Source: Squalus acanthias (Eukaryota). From it: DNA of 64,000 nucleotides. A program made the position numbers and the translations under genes. The notes under the pieces are model-generated. The model was not told the origin of the DNA. It did not search any database and saw only the letters and a program-made list of their open reading frames with translations. Below, one piece after another: positions 1 to 12,419 of the stretch. Positions within the stretch are counted from its first letter, which is position 1. Every line of letters starts with the position of its first letter. The stretch covers positions 3,720,001 through 3,784,000 of the forward strand of contig CM059433.1 in assembly GCA_030390025.1 (NCBI GenBank), read 5' to 3'.

Positions 1-622
1 TTCTTTAAGTAGGTGATACCCCTCCGCACGGAGTGTGTGGCTGCAAAAATAAAACCCACCCCCCTCCTCCCCACTGCATAAAGCATCTTTTGCATTGCAT
101 TCAGGGGCTCAGCCTCCTCCGGAGCATCGGTGCAACCAAAAAAAGAGAGCAGAGTGTTGTCTTTTTTCTGCATTACCACAGGGTTTATTGGCCGCACTGT
201 TTTCCTTGTTACTTTGGTATTTTCAATGAAGTGGCGGAGGGTGCTGCGAGGCGGTGAGCGGGCTGGGCTGGCTGGCAACCTGATCCCGAGCAGCTGTGTC
301 TCTTTATTCATAGAGGAGGTGAATGCTGAGGGGAGCCTTGCGCAAACCAGTCAGGAATGTAGTCAGCAGGAAGAAAGAAAGCATGCCTCTGGCAACAGCA
401 TTCTTTCTGTTGTGTTCCTCTCTCTCTCTCCCCCCCCCCAAACTAATAAAGATGTAATATATTCCTGCTATGTTTAAGAGCAACAGGTATATATTATAAA
501 TCTCTTGCCCCCCCCCCCACAATTTATGGAAGAAAATGTTTGTATCATAAGTTGATTTATTATGCATGTCTTGCAACCACCAAATATGTAATACTAAAGA
601 TGGTTTCCAGGATAACTTCATT

Positions 623-1356
623 TGTGGGGAGCACTCTCTCGCCTCTGAGTCAGAAGGTTGTGGATTCACAGTCCCACTCCAGGGACTTAAGCACATAAAT
701 CTAGACTGCACTGTCGGAGGGGCAGTACTGAGGGAGCGCCGCACTGTCGTAGGGGCAGTACTGAGGGAGCGCCGCACTGTCGTAGGGGCAGTACTGAGGG
801 AGCGCCGCACTGTCGGAGGGGCAGTACTGAGTGAGGGCCAGTGTCAGAGGGGCAGTGCTGAGGGAGAGCCGCACTGTCGGAGGGTCAGTACTGAGGGAGC
901 GCTGCACTGTCGGAGGGGCAGTACTGAGGGAGAGCCGCACTGTCGGAGGGTCATTACTGAGGGAGCGCTGCACTGTCGGAGGGGCAGTACTGAGGGAGCG
1001 CTGCACTGATGGAGGGTCAGTATTGAGGGAGTGCTGCACTGTCTGAGGTGCCATCTTTCAGATGAGATGTTAAACAGAGTCTGCGCTCTCAGGTGAACGT
1101 AAAAGATCCCATGGCACTATTTCGAAGAAGAGCAGGGGAGTTATCCCCGGTGTCCTGGGGTCAATATTTATTCCTCAATCAACATAACAAAAACAGATTA
1201 TCTGGCCATTATCACATTGCTGTTTGTGGGAGCTTGCTGTGCGCAAATTGGCTGCCACGTTTCCCACATTACAACAGTGACTCCCCTTCAAAAGTACTTC
1301 ATTGGCTGTAAAGCGCTTTGAGACGTCCGGTGGTCGTGAAAGGCGCTGTAGAAATG
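623..1356 (+). mobile_element. tRNA-headed DeuSINE-like SINE (SacSINE1-like) with internal minisatellite expansion
   Basis: tRNA-like head (GCCTCTGAGTCAGAAGGTTGTGGATTCA), Deu-domain-like core (GTAAAAGATCCCATGGCACT...CCCCGGTGTCCTGG) and L2-like tail (GAAAGGCGCTGTAGAAATG); matches three other copies in the window. Confidence 0.85.
708..1049 (+). repeat. 33-bp tandem repeat, about 10 units (GCACTGTCGGAGGGGCAGTACTGAGGGAGCGCC)
   Basis: Directly visible; explains the 11-aa periodic ORFs (RRTVGGAVLRE). Confidence 0.95.
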
Positions 1357-2295
1357 AATCCAGCACCGTGCACTTCCTAAAAAAAAGTTGTCATCATGCG
1401 GCTTCCCCTGGTCAGAACCACCTGGCTTCCTCTAATCGCTGTGTCTGTGTGGCAGTTGATGACTCATCTTGAATTTTTCTCCCATTCACTTGGGTTTTGC
1501 CACGTTATGTCCTCTCTTCCATCTGTCTATCTTCACAGCAATGACGTTCACTACTCATCATTCACCCTTACCCACCCTGGCAGATGGTTCCACTCCACAT
1601 TCATTAACTTCCTTCACATTACACATTCTCGATGCTCAGAACCTCTGGCCCGCTCACGGTACAAGGGCTGAATTACAGCATGTTGATACCCTCCATGTGT
1701 TTCTTTGAATTCTTCCACACACACACCGGCTAAATATAACCTAGCCCGCCCAGTGGGAAAATGATGACTGGCATTGGATCAGTCGCCTGTTGTACACCTA
1801 CTCTGCTTTTATTCTGCAGTAAAGTCAATGGAAAGTAAAATCGGGTTGGGCGGGTTAGTTTAAAATGACCCCCAATGTCTTTATGACCCTTGTAAATTTA
1901 ACACCTTGCAACAGCTACAGTTCTTGCTTTTGATCATTAACACACATTCTCCATCCATCAATGTTCTTCGTTCCAGTGAGGTCAGAGCAGATTGTGAGGT
2001 TATCACATCTCTTCCATTTCTGGAGTTCCCTGTTTCGTGCCAAACATGTTTTTCCCTCATCAATTCTTAACTCTGTATGTAACACCAGTCTGATAATATT
2101 GCTCGTCTATACAAGGACCCCACTAAAATCTCTCTTCTATTCTGGGACAGCATGTGAGAAAAAAATTGTCATCTGCTCGGTAATCCCTCTCTCACCTGCA
2201 GCTTTCAGCCTATGCTACAACCTTTCTTATCTTTATTATTAATACTGCTATGGTCAGTGCTCCTCTAAATGTTTTCCTTTTATTCCTTTTAAGCT

Positions 2296-2662
2296 GTGAT
2301 TTGATAGAGGTGTACAAGATTATGACGGGTTTGGATAGGATAGACGGGGAAAGGCTGTTCCCACTAGTTGATGGTACAAGGACTAGGGGACACAGATTTA
2401 AGGTTTTGGGCAAGAGATACAGGGGGGATGTGAGGAAAAACTTTTTTACGCAGCAAGTGGTGAGGACCTGGAACTCGCTGCTGACAGAAGTGGTGGAAAC
2501 GGAGACACTCAATGTTTTCAAGGGGAGACTGGATAGGCACTTAAGGGAAATAAACTTGCAGGGCTATGGGGATAGAGCGGGGAATGGGACTGACTGGATT
2601 GCTCCACAGAGAGCCGGCACGGACTCGATGGGCCGAATGGCCTCCTTCTGTGCCATTATGAC
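2296..2662 (+). mobile_element. CR1 LINE 3' fragment
   Basis: DLIEVYKIMTG...TRGHRFK...FFTQQVVRTWNSL ORF2 C-terminus followed by hairpin and (ATGACT) tail. Confidence 0.9.
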
Positions 2663-2665
2663 TAT

Positions 2666-3560
2666 GGGGGAGAAATTCAGTATCGCCCCATTTGGGGCGC
2701 AATTATCGGCCGGGCGCAAAGATTAGCGCCTGGCGCTAATTATCGCCTCCGACTGCAAACTTGGCTTTTATCGCCCCTGAAGGTGATTGGAGCGCTAAAT
2801 CAGGCGCTACACACCTGTCTTAAGGCGCAAAAGGCCGAGGAGCGAGGTGCTACCTCAGAGCGCTGGTGAAGCTCATGTGATGTCAGTCAGCAATGGAACA
2901 CAGACACAATGGCACCGGCCAGTTCTTAAAGGGGAGGGTTGATCTTGCTCTCCATCCACATCCTGCTCATTGCAGCCTTGAATCTCGGCCTGGAGAGACC
3001 TGTCCATCAAATCTGCTGGAAAGAACAATGGAGAGGCCATGGGAAAGAGCTCAGAGTGCAGCCCCCACAATCTCTTCTAAATCGATACAAGGAAGGGCAA
3101 ATCAAAATGAACCTGCAAAGTGCTGCTCAGTACCCAAAACTCCTTCACACAGCGTTGAATCTCTCCAGAAGTCTCTCTCTCTCTCTCTCAGAATGCGTGG
3201 TTCAAAAATGTCACCAACAAAAAAAGGCAGGAAGCGGTCGCCTTTAAATAGCGCTCCCCCAGTCCCTTCCTGACTGCAAAACGCTCCCCTCAACCTGTCG
3301 TTGCTAGCGGCAGGCGGTAAGGCAGGGGGCGCCACTCAATATCCGCTCCGGGGCGCTACAGGGGTGTTGCGCACTCGACTGACGTCATGATCTGCCGGCG
3401 CAGGAGATTGTGGCGGTAGTGTTTAGTGCCGCCGCAAAATGTCTAGTTAATTTCGCGAGCGGTGCAAACATCGCCGCGCCCGGGCGCTAGTTGCTTTGCG
3501 CCCCATTAGCGCCCTCTTAAGGCGCTAACGGGAGGCGCAAACCAACTGAATTTTTCCCCC
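2666..3560. mobile_element. Non-autonomous PIF/Harbinger-like MITE, family A
   Basis: TIRs GGGGGAGAAATTCAGT / ACTGAATTTTTCCCCC; near-identical copy at 46636-47526; inserted in the CR1 tail. Confidence 0.85.
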
Positions 3561-4774
3561 ATGACTCTATATGGTATCCAACATGTTCTCCCTACATCCT
3601 CATAATGTTGAAACCAAGAGTCATTGCACAGTCTCCTAGTCTAACTCAAATTTTCCAAGACCTGAAGGTCTATGGAACTCCTCCCTCAGTACTTCCATCC
3701 TCTTACAATCTTCAGGCCTTTAAAACCCAAGTTTGGAGTCACTAATAACTACTTCCTGATTGACCTTGTCTTCTCCATCACTGTTTTCGACGCTGATGAT
3801 TTTCAATCCGACACTACTTGGCCTTCGCCCTTCACCTTGGTTTATCACAAAAAAAGTTATTTTATATTTTCTATAAATGTTATATCTGTAATGCGAAGAT
3901 TATTTATATTTCTGTCATTTCTTTTGCCTCTAGTAGGTACTTGTTACAGCACCTGTGATATTGCATATTTTCTTTCTCATTAAGGTAACCTCTTCATCTG
4001 AAAAGTTCACCCACCCTGTATTCCTCATTTCCCCAGCTATATTTCACCAATAGTCTGGAGGGTAGGTTGAAGTACTGAATAACAGATGGCCAGACTAGAT
4101 TCCCCCATTTTCTTTGAGCTTATATACAAGTATACTTGTGGCAAAACTACCTTGTGTGGATGGTGGCTTCATTTGCACTAACTTGCACCGAACACTGGGG
4201 GAGCACTGTGCACAATGCTTTGCTTCCTGATGTTCTCCTTTTCCCCAGTTCCCACTCAAAGATCTAAATCTTTCCCAAGATCACCACCACCTGTCCCCAC
4301 CTTACTGGCCCCAGTGCAATTTACCAGCTGATACAGTAACCAGCTGCTCTTGCAGTCAACACACTCTCTGTGCACCAACACTTTAAATGCGGGAACTTTC
4401 AAAAGGTTAATGTTTTTAATTCGCATTTATCGTACCAGTGAGCAGAGCACATGCTGACTAAGACCAGCTGGTTACTTCCTCCAAGAGCAGCCGAGTGGTT
4501 GCGGACAGGCAGAAAGTTTTGGGCCTAGAAATTAGTTTATGCCAGTTTTAAAGTCCCAAATAGGCGCAGGGAACAATCCCAACTTCTAACCCGGGATCTG
4601 GGCAAGCAGGTGGAGTTGATAAAATCGCAGGCTGTGGATAGGTGGGTGACAACTAATAGAATCATGGGTGGGCTGGTGGAGATTGGGGAACTACAGAGAA
4701 TAAAATCCAGAGTGAGGCCTTTGGGAACAGACTGACACTCAGGATGTGTGTTGCTAGTGACACTCAGACACTTG

Positions 4775-5621
4775 GGGCTGGATTTTGCCAATGGGGAGCT
4801 TTTGGAGGCGGGACTCCCACTTGTCGGGTTTCAGTCCCGCCTCCATCAACTTCCGGCCAACCCACGCTATTTTCCCTTGATTGACCTTGTTAAGCCCGCC
4901 CAGCGGGATTAGCAGGCCAATTAAGGGAAAGCCGGTTACAGAGAATGTCAGCGTATGACGTTTCAGCTGTCAACAACTTTTGACAGATGAATTGTCATCG
5001 TTTGACAGCTCTGTGAAGCTGTCAAACACTGACATTCTCCGTAGTTTGATGAGTTGTTGAATTCAAGACCTCATCAAACCTCTTTCTTTTGCAGAAATTA
5101 GATGGTTGTTGCATTGGAGAATGCAACGGCCATCTGTCATCTCTGCCGCGGAGATCCGAGACTCTCCGCAAACCCAACTCTTGAAGTCTGCAGGAAGAAA
5201 CAAAGGTAAGTAAACTTTTTCTAACACTTTCCACTCACCTCACATACTCACCTCTCCACACTTGCACCCATCACTTACCTTCACAGCGCACTTTTGCACC
5301 CCTCCAACCCCTGCAGACCCACTGCTCGCCTCGGTGACCCTGGCGGGGTTCGCAGCCTTTGGGAAGCCCGCACTTGTGTGGGAAAAATGGGGATAATCCT
5401 TTTATCTGCCTGTTAACTACCTGTTAACAGGCAGCTAAGTGGCACTAATCCCCTTCCCGCCTCTAAGGAGATGAGACCCAGCGTGGGTCGGCTACCCGCC
5501 TCCCGGGAAGATGGCACGGAGGCGGGTTGGGGGCGGGTTGGGCACCCGCCCCCAGATTCTGCCATTTTCCCGGCAGTCCCACCTCCATACCCGCCTCCCC
5601 AGGGCTGGCAAGATCGCGCCC
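4775..5621 (+). mobile_element. Non-autonomous PIF/Harbinger-like MITE, family B
   Basis: TIRs GGGCTGGATTTTGCCA / TGGCAAGATCGCGCCC; 3-bp TSD TTG; inverted copy at 15413-16241. Confidence 0.85.
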
Positions 5622-7447
5622 TTGGTATACAGCTTTGAAAGGGAAATGTTAATATCGGCAGGCAAGGGTTTTCCTTTGAGGTGACTATGCCACAAAGTGT
5701 GATGGGGCAAGACTGCCACTCATCCAAAGAATGCACTGCTGACCCCAGCAACTTTTTCGAAATCGATTTATTTTACATGGCTTTTGCAGGCTGTATTCCT
5801 GCCTGTACGAGGAACTCAACTTGGGAGGCGGCAATCACTACTTCAGGCCTTAGGCTCCTGCAGAATCAGAGTATGGTCAACTGATGGTGGGGCAGAAGAA
5901 GGCATCCCAAATTTTTGCTGGCAAAATCCATGGGAAAGGAGTGAATTGATTGCTGGGTGATCGATTTACTCCATGAGAGAGGAGTTAAATTTTAAAGGCT
6001 TCCATCACCCCATAGCAATGTCGGATGCCAGTTTCTGCTTCCAGTGTTGCTTTGGTGGTGATGATGGGAAATACAATGCACGGTGTCATTTTTCTCATTA
6101 CCATCCACTTTGAATATGCCTGCCATATTTGGGGGGATGTATTCAACATCCAGCATCACTTCTTGCAGAAAAAATCCCAGACGTGGCAGCAATTAGTGGT
6201 GAACCGAGAAACAGGTTGTATTCCTGATGATAATTCAGGCCAATAGATTCAGCACACTCACCTGATGTTTACAGCACTCCAACATCAGTCTCCCGCTCAT
6301 CTACTTTCATTCCTCTGTTGTCTTCCAGTCAGCACTTATATTTTTTTACGCCATAGTGCTCACTTGTTTGAATTTGGAAGTAGTGATCGTTTTATCTTAG
6401 CGCCACTCCCGTTGGTGGCCAATTCTTAAATTCAGCAACGGGAGCGGAGCTGAGAATAGATATTTCCAAACCTGTCAAATGTGAACAGGTGAGCCCAACA
6501 GCCTAAGTGTATGCACAGAAATCAAATTAAACCCCAGCTACCACGACTCTTGTAGCAACCACCAACTTCTGACAAGGCAAAACAAAATAATTCAGGTTGA
6601 GGGTTTATTGCTACCCCTGTCTCAGCATCCATGAGTGGCTTCAAACAAACTCTTGAGACACAAGTCTGTAATCTACCCCTGTCCACCTATTGTACCACAT
6701 ATAAACACGATTCAAGTTGGGCCCTAAGATTAGGTGAACAGGTTTCAATTTGATTTTGAATGGAAATTTTTAGGTTATTTACAATTAACCCCACAATTTT
6801 GCAATTTAGATAACACAACAATGAAATCTGAAATACTGTAACGGATGTAACAATCACAGATTTGTGTCCTATTTTCTTCTTTTCCCAGTGATAAATAGAT
6901 TTAGATGTCAATATTTTTACAAAATTCAAATCTGATAACCATTATTCCCCCATCAATATTTAACAAAATACTCTTTGAAAAAAATTACAATATCGACTAA
7001 TTCTTTTGATGCCACATGACACCATGAAGCACCTGAAGTAAATATTCCTCAATGTTAAAAATGCCATGGGCTGGTCTCGTGCGTTTTCACATTGGCCTTT
7101 CACCCCCGGGGCCTGGATTTTAATCCAGTCCAGATTGGCTGTTGATTGTAATGGTTCTGTACAAAATGAGTTTGAGTAATCTCGGAGTTCTTTGTGGGCA
7201 TGGGCACTCATCACAAAAATTCTGATTAATTTAATGCTAAATTGACAATCTCACTCAACGGGTCAACGGTGCAACTGGATAGTTGGTGTGGGAAATGGAA
7301 AAAGTTATATTGATACAGTATCAGTCTTCCAAATCTGGACCTGAGGTACGTCGATGGAGCCAAGCTGGAGGGAGTGCTCGATGCTAACAGTGGGTGCCTA
7401 AAAAGAGAAAAAGTTCCATTTCAAAGTGAGAACACCCATCATCATAA

Positions 7448-7583
7448 CTGTTCTGATGAAAGGTTATCATCCTGAAACAGTAACCCAATGTTTCTCTCTC
7501 CATAACCTGCCTGACCTGCTGAGTGTTTCTAGAATTTTCTGTTATTATTTCAAATTTCCAGCATCTGCACGATTTTGCTTTTT
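7448..7583 (+). mobile_element. Short Penelope-derived repeat with degenerate hammerhead motif
   Basis: GTT-CTGATGA-AAGG...CCT-GAAAC..TAAC followed by CTGCCTGACCTGCTGAGT...TTTCCAGCATCTGCA, which I recall as a common shark repeat. Confidence 0.6.
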
Positions 7584-7734
7584 GATAACATCCATCTCAC
7601 CGAGCATAACATTTGGGGAAAAATAAGAAAAAAGACTAATGTAAGTAGATTAATAAAGCAAGTTAAATTATATTAATATTATTAGGAATCATGAGAGTAA
7701 AAGTGTATTTTACTGCTAATTTGACAGAAAGAAA

Positions 7735-8130
7735 TATAGCCGTTGTAGCACAGGAGAAGGTTATTTGGCTCCTCTTGCCTGCGCTCAATTTAAGCCTCTG
7801 AGGGAGTTGGTTTTACTTAGGCCCATTTTCCCGCTTTCTTACCAAACTAATTCCATTTTACTGCTTTCTCCCCATTCTCTTTTATAATCTGCTTTAAGTA
7901 ATTACCCAGTACCTTTTTGAAAGCTGTAACTTATTTAGCATTGATTACTACTTGTGGCAAAGGATTCTACATTCTGATATCTCTTGTGTGAAAAAGTTTC
8001 TTCTAATCTCTTCCTTTTACGTATCTGGTCCTTATCTTAGATCCTAGCCTCTTGTGTTTAATGTACCTATCAATGGGAATAACCTATCTGTGTTTACTGT
8101 CTCCATTTTATCATTTTTAACACTTCTATT
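7735..8130 (-). mobile_element. Old, degenerate CR1 3' fragment
   Basis: Reverse-strand remnants such as GTGTGAAAAAGTTTCTTCTAAT and GGCAAAGGATTCTACATTCT, resembling the CR1 ORF2 end. Confidence 0.55.
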
Positions 8131-10224
8131 AAAAGCCACAGCGTGGACTTTGTTGGTATGTGTGGCCGGAATTGCTGTGTAGAATATCCCAGTGTTCATT
8201 GTATGAATACAGTGTGCGCATTATTTTTAAAGCACCACCACAATATAAGTACAACTGAAGTTGTTATAAAACGTGAAACAGTAGGCATTGCAGAAAGCTG
8301 TGAGAAAAAAAAAATCTAATTGTGATCTTTAAGCAAAACTGCTCGGACCTGACATGCAATCCAGGAACATATGTCTTTTTTTGTTCAATAGAGTACTATC
8401 TCGTTTAATGCATACTGGCTCACTTTTAGAACTCAAAAGGATAATGAATAGATTTCTATTTTAGTAGGCAGTAGAGGGATATGGGGTTGGAGTTGGACAG
8501 AGAGAGGAAACCTTTCTTTTATCTACCTGGGTTGAATTCAAGCCCAGGTCACAGAGTTGAAAGGAGTGATCTGCTCCATCTAGTCTCCTTTGCTCTAAGT
8601 TTCACACCTCAGCGGTATGTGAGTCAATGAGGTTCTTGTGAATTCAGACTTTTTCTTGTAAAACCGATTCTTTCCTCCCTCTTCCAACAAATAAAATCAG
8701 TTTAATTTCTTAAGTTATGTTATTGTGGCTGATTTGTTCAGAAGCAATGCTGAATCTGCATCAAAGCTGACATAATTTATCTATCAATCTTAATAGAACC
8801 CTACCCCCTAATAGTTAAAGGAAATAACCTGAATAAGTGAGAGTCAAATCCTTAGATGAAAACAAAACAAAAATAACTCAGAAACAGTGTGATTAAATAG
8901 CTAGACATGATATATAATGTGAAATAAATGAGTTCTCCACTGTATTTTAATTCTCCTTTAAAATCACAATTGATTGTGGTCTACACATATAGCTAACACT
9001 TTTCTATATAACAACAGTCTTGCTTTAAATTGTTTCAGTATGATATGATGCTATGATGTAAGTCTGATGCGAAATATAAGTCTGGTAAATAGAAAGTATT
9101 ATATTAAATCATGCTGCATGAAAGATTTGCTAACCTTTCCAGATACAATGAAGAAAAATAATCATAGTTTGTGGTCAACTAACATGACAATTTTGATCAA
9201 TTTCAACTTTGATCAAAATAGGAAACGCGATATGACAGCGAAGGAAATGAAAGACTTCTTAGATAATCTACTTTTATATAGTAAGATTTGTATTGATTGT
9301 GTTTTCATAGAAATTTACGGCACAGACAAGATGGCAGCATGTATTCTTTTGGGAGGCAGGTATGCACACCTCTATTTCCTAGTTCACCCGCACACCCACC
9401 CACCTCAAGTCAGTCAGATACCGTGACCTTTGTTATGGACGAACCTGTGATACGGATCAAAGTATCTTTTGCATGTTTTGAAGTCATTTGCACTGAGCTA
9501 TTCATCATCAGCTAAAAATAACTATATACTTTGGACTGAGGATATTACAGTTTTTATGTACTGTACATAAATTTTCATTCATGCAGTTCAAATTTTCATT
9601 CACAATAAAAAGATTGATTCTATTTCACATCATGTGTTTGTGTCATACCATTTGTTTATATTAATTCTTCCAATGGCAGGATGCCCACATCTCCACCCAC
9701 CATAGTTAATATAAAAAACCGCAATTTTTGGTGTTTGTGGTGCGCTATGCTCTGTTGTTTTCCCTTTTGCAGACATTTTAGTTGTTCCAAGAATCACTAT
9801 AGAAGATCTTTACTTATTGATTGTACTTTGCATACCATCCTTTTTAAATTGAAAGTTTCCACAGAGTCCTGATGTAAACACTGCACACTTTACTGTGTTC
9901 TTTCTCACGACTGTTCATTGTGAGGTCATGGGAATGTTACCGTTATGTGTGCGGCAATCTCTGAACGCTATCTGTTTGCCAAAAAAACAGATGTAGGGCA
10001 TTTCCATCTATCACATAAAAAGTATTCTGAACATCTCCCCAACCTCTGCATGACAGTACAGGAAGTGCATAAAAGCAGTATTGACTAAATAATCTTGATT
10101 GTTTTAAACAAGTAAAAGGAAGATGTTCACATTGCAGTTGCAACTCTAGAGCTATAGGTACCATAGTCCTTGGCAAGCCTTTGTCATTTCAAGGTTGAAA
10201 GCATTTATTTTCCAGCATTAATTA

Positions 10225-11073
10225 GGGCTCGATTTTAACTCCCGGGCTGGAAGGCGGTAAAGCAAGCAGCCAGCGCATCCGGGAGCGACAGTAGCACGGC
10301 TCGGCTGATTTTAACGGCCGGGCCTTATTAATATGCCACTTGCCAATGAGCCAACTTCCCAATCAAAATGGCCGAGAAGTCGGCGGGAAGCGGTTGCTCA
10401 ACCGTTAAAATGGGGCGTCAGGAAGCTGCCGCTAGGGACGGTGGGGAATGATCCCTGGTACGCGATAAGTGTTGAGGGAGGGGATTCCCAGCCAGTGGAG
10501 GGGTTGAAGCCTGGGGCAGGGGATTCCAAAGGCTTCCTTGTGGGACCCGGAGGAGCACTCTGGCTCCTCTTGGTCCACAAGGAAACCTGCAAAAAAAAAA
10601 CTTTAGAAACTCACCTTGCCGGGCCCCTTCTGACCCTGGCTGCTGGTCCCTGCAGATTTTGCCGGTTGGGGAAGCCGCCACTTCTCTTTCCATTCAGGCC
10701 TCCGGTTAAAATGGCAGATCTGGCCCCAATGATGTCATTGGAGGGAGCCCGATCTGTATATGTAAAGAGGGCCCTCTGCAATGCTCCCTCTAAGCTGTGC
10801 GGCCGCGCGGTATTGGGAACGGTCCCGCCCGCGCCGGCCGCTCACCGGCCTCTCCAGTGTAAATACTGCAGGTGCGCGGAAATTTAAAGGGGCGGTGCAC
10901 TAAAAGAAGCAGGCCGCGTAGAATACAGCGCAGCTTACACGAAACATTGCCCCACTGGTTTGGACCGGGTATCCTTAACACCTGTAATTTAAAGTTGGAG
11001 TCGGCCAGACTGGGGCCGGAAAGTCCCCGCTCCATTTTAACTGCCTCCAGGCCGGTGGAGTTACAATCCACCC
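10225..11073. mobile_element. PIF/Harbinger MITE, family C
   Basis: TIRs GGGCTCGATTTTAACTCC / GGAGTTACAATCCACCC flanked by a TTA duplication (10222-10224 and 11074-11076), the classic Harbinger TWA target. Confidence 0.9.
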
Positions 11074-11610
11074 TTAATGTCAGTAGCAGGAGATTCTAAT
11101 TCATTCACAGTGGAATTAAAAATAATGATGGATTGTGTCAGCATCTGAAGACAATCTGTTGATAAGGTCAATTGATAATTAACTTAGATATACAACAACA
11201 CAGGAATGTGCAGAGCCAAAGTGTGTTAAGTGGCACTTAGGATGAATACAGTGTCATACTGGATAGCATTTAGTGAAATGCAAACCTAACTGTGGCTGCT
11301 CAGAGTTAGTACCGCTGGCCAGCAAGGAGTGCAGTAGGTTGAGGAACAAAAGCAGGAGTAGGATGATGAGAAGGAGGTGCAACATGAAGAGACGGAAGAG
11401 CAGGAACAGCATCGATCACCAGTGCCCCTCGCTGCCAGAGCTCTCATAGATCAGCTCACCCAACGGTACTTCACTTGAACCATCCCTCTCATCCCCAATA
11501 CACCAACAATCCCACAATCCTTATCAGTACTGTCCTCATTACCACCATTCAATTGCCTTCCTTCAGTCCAGCCTTATGGGTCTTGTACTCCCTTCACTAC
11601 AAATATAAAC

Positions 11611-11913
11611 ACCAGGGGTCACAGTCTCAGAATAAGGGGTCGGCCATTTAGGACTGAGATGAGGAGAAATTTCTTCACTCAGAGGGTGGTGAATCTTTGG
11701 AATTCTCTACCCCAGAGGGCTGTGGAGACTCAGTCATTGAGTATATTCAAGACAGAGATTGATAGATTTTGGGATATTAAGGGAATCAAGGATTATGGGG
11801 ATAGTGCAGGAAAGTGGAGTTGAGGTAGAAGATCAGCCATGATCTTATTGAATGGCGGAGCAGGCTCGAGGGGCCGAATGGCCTACTCCTGCTCCTAGTT
11901 CTTATGTTCTTAT
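11611..11913 (+). mobile_element. CR1 LINE 3' fragment
   Basis: RGHSLRIRGRPFRTEMRRNFFTQRVVNLWNSLP and GGAGCAGGCTCGAGGGGCCGAATGGCCTACTCCTGCTCC hairpin with (TTCTTATG) tail. Confidence 0.95.
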
Positions 11914-12241
11914 ATAACATCAAATCCAGAACAAAATCAAATATATCCAACAACTCAATTCCACCTTTGCCTAATAGTTAAAAGAAATAATTAAGAATCA
12001 CCCTTGCACAACCCCTTAGTGCCTGGCTTGTGTGCTCGTTTAGCTGCCCGAGAGCTCCTATGAAGTGTTTCCCCAGTGGCTACAACTTGGGAGGAGGAAG
12101 GCTTTGAGCTTCCACTGAGGATACTTCAGATGTCCGTGGTGCTCTGAGGCTCGAGGGCCCGGCTGCAGATGGCAGCTTCTCAGCGTAGGCCAGAGCAGTC
12201 TGCCCCAGGTTGCTGTGTGTGGCACTAACAAGAGCATTGGC

Positions 12242-12419
12242 ATAGAAGCATAGAAGATAGGAGCAGGAGTAGGCCATTCGGCCCCTCGAGCCTGCTCCGC
12301 CATTCAATGAGATCATGGCTGATCATCCAAATTCAGTACCCTGTCCCTGCTTTCTCCCCATATCCCTTGATCCCTTTAGCCTTAAGAAATATATCTAACT
12401 CCTTCTTGAATATATTTAT
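12242..12419 (-). mobile_element. CR1 LINE 3' end
   Basis: Reverse complement of the CR1 hairpin tail and IFKKELDIFLKAKGIKGYGEKAG. Confidence 0.9.

Noticed and set aside
304..1054. Repetitive ORFs and a CRISPR-like periodicity
   Set aside because: Head-to-tail 33-bp tandem repeat with no unique spacers, inside a SINE in vertebrate DNA
2873..3335. ORFs recurring at 46862-47213, suggesting a duplicated gene
   Set aside because: Internal to MITE copies; the frames are broken by indels between the two copies
10333..11099. 184-aa and neighbouring GC-rich ORFs
   Set aside because: Lie within a TIR/TSD-bounded MITE and have no recognisable domain
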